A stretch of DNA of 64,000 nucleotides from Caecitellus pseudoparvulus (taxonomy: Eukaryota; Protista; Bigyra: Bicosoecida), in the NCBI GenBank assembly GCA_965644315.1, contig CBFFRQ010000069.1:744001-808000 (forward strand). The letters run 5' to 3'. Every line of letters starts with the position of its first letter. The first letter of the stretch is position 1. The notes under the pieces were generated by a model that had not been told where the DNA came from, made no database searches, and was given only the letters and a program-made list of their open reading frames with translations. Positions 11,416 to 24,600 of this stretch are shown piece by piece. A program made the translations under genes and the position numbers.

Positions 11416-12499
11416 TCAACGCGGGTTTTGCGTTGGGAGGGAGAATGCGGGCAGACTGGCTTCAGCGTATGCCGCCTCTACTCGCTCTTGAATGCCACCC
11501 AGAAGGCTGTCCGCCATGCCTTGAGCGCCCCCCGAGAAGTTGCTCCATGTGAACCCCCGCTTGGGCGTGAAGTCCACGACGTCAACGTCCTCTTCGCTCT
11601 GCACGCCGACCTCCTGCAGGATGCCGCGTGGAAATGCACGGACATCGTCCGCCAAGCCCACTGACACGGCTTTTTGCCCGACAAAGACGCTGCCGTCGAA
11701 CAAGTCAACGACGCTCTCATCCTCGCCCTCTGCAGGGGCAGTGGCTGCCAGACGCTCACCACGCGCGGCTTGCACTGCCTTGATGAACTCCCCGTGCATG
11801 TGCTTGAGCATCTGCTGCCTCGTGTCCAGCTCCCCGTCTTGCGGCGGGCGGAACGGGTTGCCCAAGTCCTTGTGCTTTCCTGCAGTGAGAGTCTTCATCT
11901 CCACCCCGATGCTTTCCAGGGCTTTCGGGAAAAACGGCAGGAAGGTGATGACGCCAATGGAGCCCACGACGCTGAAGTCGTCCACGAAGATCTTGTCCGC
12001 GGCGCAAGCCAGGAAGTACCCCCCCGAAGCACCAGCATCCCTACGAAGACACAGCTCGTACACGCAACGTGCGCGAAGGCGGCACGCAGGGCGTGGCGTT
12101 GGCACTCACTCAATAAAGGCAACAACAGGCACACCGGTGGATTTGCTCTTGCCTCGGATGTGCTTGTACAGCAGGTTGCTCTGCACTGGGGAGCCACCCC
12201 CACTGTTGACAATGAGTGCAACAACGTCTGGTTTCTTGCCAGTCGACCACCAGCCTTTCTTGCCCTTGAATGCAGCGTCGATCTGTGCCTTGGCGTGGTG
12301 GCCTGCGTTTCGCGTGTCATTTCGCGCAGAAATACGCCACACACACCTGCTTCTCGTAGCGCTGAAAGTTGATGCGGGAGTTCACGCCATCCTGGGCTGC
12401 TTTGATGGCGCCATTGAAGCGAAGGGTGTGGACCACCGCCTTCGCAGCGCCCTTCCCGCTGCCGCCTCGAAACCAGGACTGGACGCGTGCAAGCGCCAT
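11416..12499 (-). CDS. Peptidase S49 family (SppA/SohB-like, single domain)
   Basis: The spliced product has VALIVNSGGGSPVQS, FIE|DAGASGGYFLACAADKIF..SVVGSIGV (catalytic Ser), TAGKHKD (catalytic Lys) and LFDGSVFVGQKAVSVGLAD. Two GT..AG introns. Confidence 0.9.
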
Positions 12500-12649
12500 G
12501 CTTGACGAGGTACTGTGGATTGTTGCGATCGCTTGATCGCTGCTTTGGGCACACAAAAGGGGAAGAGAAAGTTTTGAGATAGATTGTGTGAATTTGTTGC
12601 GTACTGCACGTGCCCTGCCAAGGTGCTGGCGGCGCTCCCGCAAGGGCCC

Positions 12650-15600
12650 TCAGTCCTCGTTCATGACATCCAGGACCAGCGCCGTGCCTCGCCAGATCCA
12701 ATGCTCAGAGGGCATCTGAGAGGGCAACTCCACGGACACGACATAGTTCGTACTGATGCCAGTCGTGCTCAGGGTCCCAGCTCGGGCCAGCGTCTTGTAC
12801 ACAGGACACACAAAGGCGCCTGGGGCCGTCGTGTGTTTGAGCGCGGGCAACATGCGCATGCGCGGGAGGGCCGAGTACACTTCGCCAGGCACCGGGTCTG
12901 CCAAGCCCTGCACTTCGTCGTTCCACTGCCCAGACTCCAGCCACAAACCGTTCACCATGACGCCGTCGTCAGCGGGCGCCCGGGGGCGGGGATCTCCTGG
13001 CCGTTCCCCCGCGTGCACGACGCCGGCGGCGGTGTAGAACGCGAACTCAAACTCCAAGTCGTTGATGGCGACCTGGTACTTGCGCGCGTGGCGCTGCAAG
13101 ACAGCAGTGAGGAAGCCCTGTGGGAAGAAGAAGGCGGGCAGCCAGTACTCCCGCATGTCCCCCATGCCGATCCAGCGGTCCATGAACTGCACGCGGCGGT
13201 TGAGGTCGGCGATCCACGATGCCAGCGGCCGCATGCTGGGGTATGCCACGTCCGCCCACACTGCAGGCACGCGGCCGTGCACCAGTGCTGCGTACATGGC
13301 TTCCAGTGCATCGGACATGGCCGCCTCCCCCAACAGCACTTTGCGCAGTGCCATCATGCTTTCGCGCATGGTGCTCAGCAGGAGGTTGAACTTCGTGGCC
13401 TCTTGCTGCAGCACGACGAGGAGGGAGTTCGGGGGCAGGGCATCCGCCTCCGCCGGCCCTGCCATGTCGGTGGCTGTGGCTGCTGCCGACGCCCCAGACG
13501 CTGCACTGGACGCACCCATGGAGCTGTACCTCCCCTCTTGTGACCCGACGCGGGAGGCAGCTCCACTGCGGCTGGCAGAGCCCTCTCGCAGAGCTGCCAT
13601 CTGGGCGGGCTTCAGCAGCACTGCCGACATGCGGCGGCTGCGTACAGGGCCGGAGCTGGCTGCAGAGCTGGCTCGGCGGGAGTGGTGTGCGCGGTGGCGG
13701 CTGCGACCTGCGCGTGGCGCGGCGACGGTGCTCTCTCGCACCTTGCGTGCCACAGCGGCGACATCTAGGGGGGCGGGCACCCGACTGCCCAGGTCGTTCA
13801 ACAGGCGCAACACCTCAGTGTCCGCGGCGTCGGCGCTAGCGGGGGGCAGGGACCCCGTGCTGTCCTTGCCCTCCCCTGCAGCAGCGCCGAGGGGGGTAGG
13901 CGCTGTGGAAGTGCCCGGTGCCCTGCCCTTGCGCCGGGCAGGGGAGGGCGGTGCTGCACCGCCACTCTTCTGACTGGCCAGGCCAGTGTCCAGTGCCGTG
14001 CGCAGGAGGTAGTCCGACTCAGACAGGCGGAAGGCCGCGTCGGCGTTCGGGTGCATGCCGAACACCTCAGTCTCGTCACGTGCTGGGAGGGTGGACAAGT
14101 ACTCCGCGATGCCGGACGCCGTCACATCCTTGGGGATGAAGTACTTGCCCGAGTCGGAGAGAAGGAACTCCGTGGACGTCACAGCCTTGGGCGTGAGCAC
14201 AGCCTTGAGCAGCGCCAGCAGCGTGCGCCTGTCCCAGTCATCTGTCACGCGCCCGCCGTAGTTAATGTGCCCCACCACGTACGTCAGGGCATCCCACGGC
14301 AGCGGCGTGCCGTCCTCGGACGACGCTTGCAGGGCGCGGTACAGCTCTTGCGGCGAGGCCGCCACGGCGGAGGAGCCGATGAACTTGCGGTCCGCCCTGG
14401 CACTGGGCGTGGGCGGCTCACCGTCCCCCGCGCCTTCCTGCCCTTCCTCCTCACTGTCGTATTCGGGGAGGGCATCCAGGGAGGCAGTCTCCCCTGCAGC
14501 CAGCGCCGCGCCTTGCAGCAAGTTCTGCAGCGTCTGCAGGCTGGTGTCGAGGTCGGAGTCGCTGAACTCGTACCGGATGTTCCATCCCAGCGCCCCGAAC
14601 TTGCGCCGCTCCTGCACCAAGGCGTGGAAGAAGGACAGCCCCACGCACAGGCGGCGCCACGCCATGCCCATGAAGTTCGTCGGGCCACCGTCGTCCGCCA
14701 GCCCCATGGACAGGTCAGCCTTGCTGCCCTTCAGGGATGCCTTGCTGCTGCCTGCGCGGCGCAGGTGCTTGCCGTCCTCCTTGCCCTCACTGCTGCCGGC
14801 GTCTGAGGCGTCAGAGTCCCCAGTCAGACTGCGCCGGCTGCCAGAACCAGGAGGCATGCGGGCGCGGGACCCTCGGGGGGACCGCGGCGGGGGCAGGTCG
14901 AAGGCCGCCAGCCGATGAGGCTTGATGAGCACTCCAAAGCTTCGCTGCATGTTGGCCCGGATGCCCTTCGGCGGCTCGTTCGTGATCTTGATGCCGTGCT
15001 GCAAGATGGAAGCAGGGAAGTACGGCGCAGGGAAGGACGTCAACCACAGGCGGAACTCCGCGTTGAGGGCATCGGGCGCCTTGCGGTGCCGGTCCAGCAG
15101 CCGGGCCAGGTCTGGCAGCCAGCTCTTGGCCAGGTGGCAGTTCTGCAGCAGCACCCAGTCGCCCTCCACGGCAGCGCGCTCGATGAGTCGAGCCGCGCGC
15201 TCGCCCTGCCCCTGGCCCAGTGCGATGACCTGCAGGCGTGCAGACATGCCCTTGCGGGCTGCGAACTCCAGCAGGCGCTGGGTGGGGTCGGCGCCTTGTG
15301 ACAGCACGAAGACGCAGGGCGTGACTGGCGACGTCTCCGTGAACACCTGCGCCAACGACACACCGGCGGGGGTCAGGTACGCCTCTCCCAGCGTGTCCCG
15401 CACAAGGCCTCCCAGCCCGAACACCAATTTGTCAGGCGCGAAGGCCTTGACAAGCAGCAGCTTCTGCAAGGTGCTGAGGTGGCCTTCGATGTCGTCCGGC
15501 AGCTTGGCCTCGTGTGGCGCAGGGGACAGGCGCCACAGCGCCCACTCGTGGTAGTTGTCCCGCACGTGGTTCTGCAGGAAGGCGAACTCAGGCACCTCCT

Positions 15601-18600
15601 CTGTCAGCTTGCAGATGAGGTCCCACCCGGCAGGCGGCAATGGGTTGCGCAGGGCAGCGACTTCGTCCTCGGTGAGAGGCATGGCCCCCTCCCCGCCCAG
15701 AAAGTCGTCTGGGTCGTACCGAAGGCTCGGGTTCAGAGGCTGCTCATCGCGGTTCATGACGCCGGCACCCCGCAGCAGCAAGCCCACTTCCCGTCGGGAC
15801 ACCTGGCCGCTGGTCTGCAGCAGGCGGCACGCCAGCAGCAGGGACAGCAGCAACTTGTCCTTCTCAAACAGGCCCCGCTGAATGTTGTCGTACACGATGG
15901 CAGACAGGCGGTCCACCTGTTCCGCCACCCGCCGCTCCAAGCCGTCGGCAGACAGGCCTGGGATGCCTTGGGTCAGGGCAGCGACGTTGATAGCCGCGGA
16001 GGCTCCAGCTTCTGAGGAGGCGTCCGAGTGCCCCCCCGTGCTGGCCCCTGACGCAGCCACCTTGCGGCTGGACGCAGGCTTCGCCCCCTTTCGCTTGCTG
16101 GCGCCGCTAGCAGCAGAAGCAGCAGAGGCTGGGCGCCCAGCGCCCTTGCCCCGGCTGGCGGCGTCCCGAGCAGCGGCAGCGGCAGCCACCGCCTCAGCGC
16201 CGTGCACGGACGGGTCAGTCAGGCACAAGTCAAAGAGGCGCGTGAAGTACTGCAGGGAGTACTGGTACATGGGGTCCACTGAGGCGAGCATGGTGACGAC
16301 GCTGTACAGCAGACTGCCTCGCTGCGCCAGGAGGCGGTACGTATCCCTGGCGGCAGATACAATGGCAGCGGTGGCCTCGGTGGCCTGCACGCGCTGCTCC
16401 ACGCGGGAGGCCTTTGTCTGTGCCGCCGACAGGTTCGCGATGAGGGCGGTGTTGTCCAGGATGTCCTCCCCAGCCTCCGCGATCTGGGCCAGGACGCTGT
16501 CCTCCAACGCCTGCAGCTGCTTGCGGTCGCCGGCAATGTCCATGAGGAGCTGGGAGGAGGTTGACTCCAGGTCAGGCCGTTCCTTGGCCACGGCTTGAGA
16601 CAGCAGCTGCTCCTCCAGGCCCCGAGAAGTGACTGTGAAGTTCACCAAGGACACCCGGATGCTGGTGTCAGGGAGGAAGTGAGGGTTGGGCTCCGACGTG
16701 CACATGTACAGGCGAAAGTTGCCGTCGTACGGGATGAGGCGGTCCCCCACCCGGATGCTGGCCTCTGCGCCATCCCGCACCACTGTTCGTGCCAGGACGT
16801 GCGCCATCACCGGCGGCAGCTTCGTGCCACACTCCTCCAGCAGCAGGGGCAAGCCCAGCCGGACGCACTTCTCCAGGGTCTGGGCCAGGTTCATGGGTCG
16901 GCCCGCGTGCGCCTTGAGCATGGCACTGCTGGCTGTGCCACCCGCGCGAGGGGACTCAGGCTCTGCCGCTTCGCCCACACCAGCCTTCGCCTCTGCGTGA
17001 CCAGACACCATGTCCACCACCTCCAAAGCCTCCCCAGCCATTGTGCGCACCCAATTCTTGCCTTGGCCCTGAGGGTCGATCATCAGCGGCCACCGCTGGG
17101 CCCGCGTCACGAGAAGGCCATTGGCAATGGAGGTGTCATCCTTTGGCAGGCCTGAGATCATCCAGTTGTTCACCTCCACGGGCGTGGCCAGCACATCCGG
17201 CAGCGAGAAGGTCGCGCTGCGAGGCAGCTTGTGTGAGTCGACTGCCGCTGCCCAGGCAGCCTGCATGCCGCCACGGAATTCCCCCGTGAACGGCCCCGAG
17301 TACACCACGTGCGCCGCAGCGAGCAGGACATCCCCCACGACCTGGCCCAGTGTGGATGCTCGCTCCTTGACACTTACACGCCACCTGGCGCCTGCGGAGG
17401 CCATGCCTGACAGCAGCTTCTCTGCACGCTGCAGCTGTGCCCGTGCACGAGCCTCCTCCGACTCCAGCCTGGCCTTCTCGGCCTGCTTCTCGGCACAAAG
17501 GGCTTGCAGGGCCTCCACCCGCGCGACGACACCGGCCAGCTGGCTTTGCTTCTCTTGCAGCGCCTCGTTGGCAATGGCCAGCTGGGCATTCATCTCCGCG
17601 ACACGGCGCTCTTTGGGAGCCACTTCCTGCTGCACCAGCACGAACTTCTCAACGGCGTGCACCCAGTTGCAAATGCTTAGGGCAGCGCTGGACACCGTCT
17701 CCATGGCCGAGGGTTGCATGGCAGGCAGGCGGGTGTACGTGGCCACCTTGCGCAGCATTTTGGACGTGACGCGGCGGGTGTCGTACAGCTCCAGGTCCTT
17801 CAGGAAGTTCCCGTGCACATTGCCAGCGGCAACGCCCTGCATCAGGCGCTTGCCGTTGTCCCAGCCAGGCTTTTCCTCGAACAGGACACAAACTGCCTCC
17901 ATCAGCGTCACGATTTGAGCGGGCGGGTTGTTGAAGGAGCGGAGGATGGTGAGTTTCGCAGGGTCCACCTGCTTCACAGCCTCCTGCGCCGCCAGCATCG
18001 CAGGCATGGCAATGTCCAGCTCTGCCTGGGCTTCTGCTTGCAGCGCCTCCACCTGCTGCTGCTGGGACAGAACAATGTCTGCCTCGGCGTCCACCTTCTC
18101 CCGCTCCCCTGCCACGACCTTCTGCTCGGCCTGCACCTTGGTGACCAGGGCGGCTGTCTCCTCAGCGCGCTGCTTCAACACTGGCTGCATCTCACCCAGC
18201 CGCGCCTGCAGTGTCGTCACAGCCTCCACTGTGTTGTCCAGCGTGCGGATGCCGTTCTGCAGGCGGTCCAGCGTCCCACGCTCCTCAGCGTACTTCTTGC
18301 CCAACAGGCGGTTGTACGCAGCCAGCAGGTCCAAGTAAGACCTGGGCGTGTTGTACACCTGGCGCTTTGTCGCAGCTGCGAACTGAGGGATGAAGGTGTC
18401 CACTGCGGAGTGCAGGTCCACACACGCCAGCACGACGTGGTGCCACAGCGGGTGGGCTGGGGCAGGCATGTGCACCGCGTGGTCGCCATCCTGCCCCACA
18501 CGGCCACCGATCTCAGCGGGGGACGGCAGAGTTAACGGCGCCAGCAGGCGCTCGCCCACGGATATCAGCGCCGCCCTAGGCCAGGGCATGAACCAGTCAA

Positions 18601-21600
18601 TGGTGCAGCAGTTCAGGAGGGAGGGGAACTGCCGCAGGCGCGTGCGCAGCTGGGCCCCCACGGGAGACATGCTCAGCACGACGTGCAGGTTGGCGCGCAC
18701 CCGTGCGATGAAGGCACGCTCAATATCGGCGGGGGAAGATGGCAGCGCAGGCCCGCTCGCCTCTGGGTCGCCACCGCCTGCTCCTGCAGGCATGTTGCCG
18801 TCTGGGCTGGGTGCCGGGGCGCCCTTGTCCAGCTTCTCAGCCAGACGCGACACAATTGCGTCCTGGTCCTCCTGGGCAAAGAGGCCGGGGATCTCCCCAG
18901 AGTTCAGCAGGCAGTTCAAGTCTTCCAGGATGGCCTCGTTCACGATCTGCGCGTCGCCCATGAGCAGCACACTGGGCGTGCCCTCCACACCAGCGGACAG
19001 CAGCAGGTCTTTCAGGTCCTCACGGAAGCTCTCCTGCCCCGCCGACCCACTCATATCTGGGCTGACGCAGTCACACCCGGAGATGAAGGCAGCCAGGCGT
19101 GTCAGGGAGGCCTTGCCTGACCCTGACACGCCCACCAAGAGGGCCGATCCACGGGGCATGGCCAGCACCCGGCAAATGCGCGCGACATGGGAGATGGCGT
19201 CTTCGAAGAACACCAAGTGTAGGGGGGCTGGGGAGCTGAGGTTGTACTCCTCCATGTAGCCGTCCATGAGTGCAGGCAGCTTGTGGGGGTTCTTGCAGTC
19301 CTCGTAGGCTGGGACGTCAGAGCCTGGGTGCAGCCAGTCCCCGAACAACAGTGGGCCGACACCGCCCACTGACGTGGGGGCTTCCCCCCCAACCCCTTCC
19401 AAGCTCTCGGCCCGCTCTGCAGCCCTCGCTGCACGGCCGGTGGCAGCACCCAGCGTCGCCTCCTCGCCGAACAAGCCCTCAACAGTCCACGGGAGGCGGA
19501 AGGATTTGTTGAGCTGGGACACCACCACACCCTGCAGCCACTCCAAGTCGTCCTCTGTTGTGAGGCGGTCTGCAAACACACGGCATGCTTCGTGCACCCA
19601 CAACCTCGCAACGTCAGAGGCAGAGCGGCACTGCTGAGGAGACGTCATGAGCAGGCCTTGTACGACGCGGGACACGTCCCGCAAGTTGAAGACGTAGTGG
19701 CTCTTGGACGGCGTCGGCTTCAGCTCCGAGCTGCACCTGAAGTACACGTGGATGGTGCTGGAGACGATGGAGCCCGCTGCAGCCCTGACTTCCGCAGAGA
19801 ACTTGGTTCCGAGGAAACCACTCACAATGGCGGAGAACATGGCAGACATGACGTCAGGGCCAGCCGTCGGCAGGCACAGCACAGAGCAGTGCCGCATGAA
19901 TCGCTCGGACAGCTCCCGCCGACCGCCACCCGGGGGAGCGCCCGCCACGACCAGTGCAGTGTCCTGCAGGTGGTTCCAGTGCAGGGAGGTCCTGTCATAC
20001 CAGCCGCCGTAGTCTGCCAGCTGCCGCAGCAGCTCAATGGGGGGCTGTGCGCCGTACTCCTCTGGCTTGGGCATGTTCACGTCATCCACGAAGACCACCG
20101 CACGGCGGCCCTCTGGCGCGCCAAAGCGCCCCTTGCGCTTGCGCTCCAGCTTGCCCTGCACCTGTGCCTGCACGCCACCCGAGCTGGTTTGGGCAGAGAA
20201 GGTGAGGGGGATCGCAGTGATAGGCACCGTGTGCCTGCCAGCACTTTCACCCAGCAGCGAGCCTTGGTGAGCCTTGGCAAGCGCGGAGGCTTTGCTCTGC
20301 GCTTCGGCAGCTGCCGCCGCAGCTCGTGCCTCTGCAGCCGCCGCTGCAGCCGCCTCGTCTTCTTCCTTGCCTTCCACACTGGCTTCGCTCACTGTGGACT
20401 GGCTGTCCCACGAGCGCACAGAGGCGGCATCGTCCCCCTTGCCCTCTGATGGCGCAGCCGCGGCACTGGCGCCCCCTGCTGCGGGCGCTTGCGGCACAGC
20501 CACAGCCACTGCTGAGCTCTCCTCATCATCGCCAACCTTCACGTCCTGGCCGGCCGCCTCTCGCAGGAGGGACGAAAGGAGCACTGACTTGCCCGTGCCA
20601 GTGGAGCCGGTCAAGAACACCGGTCGCATGGTCAGGGGAGCGACGGCCACCCCCAGCGGCCCGCCGCCCGCGTTGATGCCCATCCAGGAAAAGTCGAAGG
20701 CCCAGTCGCCGACGACACCAGGCAAGAAAGGCACATCCTGGTCAGCGGACGAGGGATCAGCTGGGTCGAAAGCGCCCTTCGTCAGCAGGCGCAGCGCCTG
20801 CTCCTCCCAAGGCAGCAGCCAAGGGTGCACCACCTTGCGCCCGGAGTCTACGTGCACAGCCTGCCGTGGAGCGTCGGGCTGCGCGCCTTTGGAGGACAGG
20901 CTGGCCTTGGACACGGACACCTTCATGTTGGGGCGTGTAGCACGCCTGCCTCTCGCGGCAGGGGCCGAGCCCGGCGGCGGCAGCCCTGCAAGCTCTGCGG
21001 CGGCGGCGCGTTCCTCCTCCAGTCGTGCCGTCTCAGCCTTCCAGTGGTGGTGCTCGGCCTGGTACCGTGCGATGACTGGCAGCAGCTGCCGGAGGGATTC
21101 AGTCTTGTCCATATTGATGCGGGGGGACAGCAGGAGGTAGTTCAGCACGTGCGCGTACCGAGTGGTGTCCACGGTGGGCACGATGATGCTGTGGAAAGGC
21201 AGCCCTGGCTCAAAGTTGAAGTGCGGCACCAGCTCACGCCACATGCGGAAGGTGCCGCCGTGCTCTACACCGCCCTGTGCGAGGGCGGGCGGCTGGGTGG
21301 AGATGTAGCAGTCAAAGACAGTGCCTGTGCCTGGCAGCCCCGACAGGTCCACGCCCGCCTTCTTCATGACGCCCCTGGTGAAGACGTCGAAGCCGCGCCA
21401 TGTGTCGGCGGTGGCTGTGGCGCCAAAGGACCACACGAAGGCCCACAGGAAGACACGGTCCACGAGCTTCACGGCAGGCTGCTCGTCATCAGGGATAGGC
21501 ACGCCCGCCCGGCGCAGGGCGGTGAGCATGATCTCCACCAGGGAGCACAGCGACGTGACCAGGGACAGGTGGGAGACGCTGACTGGCTGGTGATCCACGC

Positions 21601-24600
21601 CGTCCTGCATGTGGTTCAGCGCTGCCCCCACGACGCCCTTGAAGTTTGCCCACAGCTTGTGGCGCATGGGCGGCGTGGGCACAAGCGTCTGCATCAGCAG
21701 CGTGGACAGCCAAGACTGCACGACCGGTTGCCAGCCCAGGTCCTCTGGAGTCATGTACACGACGCCCAGGCGCGACACAGTCGCAGGGGAGGCTTGTTGT
21801 AGGTCTTGCACTTCGAAGAGCATGCGCATGCTTGGCTTAAGCTTGACACGCTCGCCGTTGGCGAGGTACAGCATCATGTTGTCATCCAGCACCGTGTTCA
21901 TGTTCTCGATCCACAGCGCGTCAATGGGGCCGTCAAACACAGTCCAGTGCTCAGCCTGGCTCTCAGAGGACACCACGGCGCGCATGATGGAGGCAGCCAA
22001 GCCATCGCTCCAGTCCTGTGTCAGCTCGTCGTACTTGCCGTACAGCTCCCCCATACTGATGGACTTGGGGTTCAGCTGCTTCACCTTCACAATGCTCCAC
22101 TCATCCCAGCGCGGGCCACTACCTTCACCTGTCAGGGCGTCCACTTCTCCGGCTTGCCCCCGAGGCGGCTTCACCAGCGACGTCGGCGGGGGCCCGCGCA
22201 TGGCAGGCCAGTTGGCCTCTGCCGCGTTCACACGGGTGATGGCCTTGGCCAGCGTGCTGTACGCAGTGGTCTTGCCAGAGGGAGGTCCCACGAGGGCCAC
22301 GCCGAAGCGCACCTTGAGTGTTTCCCGCAGCTGCACCACCTTGCGCACAAAGCGCTCCCTGGGCTGGCGACCGTCCTCCACCAACTGGTACTGGATGGCT
22401 TCTTTCAGCGCTTCTTCTTGGGCGTCAGGCACCTCTACGCCTGGGAACAGGTCTCCAACGATGGCATGGAAGAGCGGCAGGTCAGCTGCCAGGAACTTGG
22501 GCACATTGCTGTCCCGCATGGCGCGGATGAGGACGACGTCCTCGGGGAGCTCCGGGTTGCCACGCTTCAATGCGCCCGCCATGACCAGCACAGACTTCAC
22601 GGCACGCATGCCAAAGTCGTAGTGGCGCTGCTGTGACAGCTGCTCGGACGACAGCTTGTACAGCTTCACCATCTTCCGGGACAGGTTGGGCGCCGCGTCA
22701 AAGCCCTCTGCAAAGAGAATGATCTCCGCGATGAGGGCGTAGTCCGGCACCATCATGGCCACGGGGCGGAAGAACACCTTGAGGTTGTCGGGCAGCTCTG
22801 TGCGCCCCGCGTATCCAGGGTTCATCGTGGGAATGATCATGTGGGGCCGCAGAGTCATGGGCTCCCCCCCATTGAAGCTGAGGGTGGCAGCGCCGCTGAG
22901 GCGCGCAGTGCGCAGCTCCAGTAGCAGCTGAGCGATGACAGACAGCACTTCAATGTCGATGCGGTTGAACTCATCCAGCACACTCCACGCAGCGGACTGG
23001 GCGAGGCCAGAGAAGAGCTTTGCCATGTTGGCGTACGTGATCTGTTCGGAGCAATTCAGCACGATGCACTGAATGCCCAGGGCCTTGGCCAGGTCCTTGG
23101 AGGACTCCGTCTTCCCAGTGCCTGCAGGCCCCTGAGGGTTGGCGCCCAGCGCCAGGCGGAAGGCGCCAGTGATGGTCATCCAGCACCTGTCTGTGAGCGG
23201 CGTGATGACCAGGCGAGACGTTGCGCCCTCATACTCGAACTGGTAGTCCAGGTCAGTGTCGCTCTGGCGCACAATGCACGTGGAGTGTGTCGCACTCGCA
23301 TCGGTCTTGCCCCAGTAGAACCTGAGTTGCTGCTTCCAGGAGAAGGAGCTGATGGCTCGCACGTCTTCCTTCACCAACTGCATGACGATGTCACGGTTGT
23401 GCACCTCGGTAGTAAGCAGAGACACGACAATTTTGCGCTGCAACTTCGTCAGGGGGCCCCGCACGAGGGCGGTGAGGCCCTCCAACCCTCGCACTTGGGT
23501 GCAATACCACGCGGCTAGGGCCAGGCGGGGGTCAGTTGGGATGATGCGCATGGACGCCTCGGCGTCCGCCTCCGCGACGGACGCCTCATCTGTCGCCAAG
23601 CCAAGCACAGCGGACACCTCGGGCAGCAGGTCCATGTTGGAGGGGATGCCACCCACGCCAGCCAGCTGGGCCGCCTTGTTTGACTCCAGCACCGTGGCTG
23701 CCAGACCCACGGGGAGGTCCTGCCCAGCAGTCAGCTCAGCGGCTGCCTGGATGGCAGCCTCTGTGCCTTGCGTGAAGCGGATCTGGGCCGCTGCACAGAC
23801 GGCCTGTGCTGGGAGGGGCAAGCTCTCTGCGCCGCCAGCGCCCTGCACAGCCCACTCAGCACGCGCAGCGGAGAAGTCCCGGGCCAGTTTCACCTCCCAT
23901 GAGGCCTCCTCCTCCACTGCAGCTTCCGTTGCGCGCCCGCGGCGCCCTCTGCGACCACGGCGCCGCCTGCGCCCCTCGTCCTTTCCCCGCAACTTGCGCT
24001 GCAGGGTGCCCATCTCCAGATTGGACAGCAGTTCATGGGCGGAGGTCAGGTCTGAGAGGGTGGGGTAGGCGACGAGGGCATCTGAGAAGGCCTTGCGCAC
24101 TGCCGCTCGCATGGCGCCTTCGAGGGCTTCCAGCCACACTTCGGGGGCATCGCGGGCTTTCAAGTTGGGGCCAAGGGGCACGACCTCCCCTTCCGACGAC
24201 TCCATGGCCAGGACATCGTAGCCGGCGCCCAGCGCTTCGTGAAAGTGCAGCTTCGCAATGTTGTCGAAGAGCTTCAGCAGGTGCTGCACGACGGCTCGAG
24301 GGTTGGTCGAGGCAGCGGCGAGGATGTGCAGCAAGTCACCGTCCGAGAGGAAGTAGAAGCGGGGAAAGGCCCGGCGCTTCGACTCCATGTACGAGTCCAG
24401 CCCGCGCTGCACGAACTCCAGGCGCTCGATGTACCGCGCCAAGTCCTTTGCAAGGCCAGGCGTCTTCTCGCACATGCGCCGGGCGTTGGGCGTCTGGTTC
24501 ACTTTCCGGGTGAGCTCTCGGAAGTCCCCATCTACCTTCTTGAAAGTTGTGTACTCTGTGTTCAGGTTGCGCTGGATGTCCTGCGCCATGAAAATGGGGA

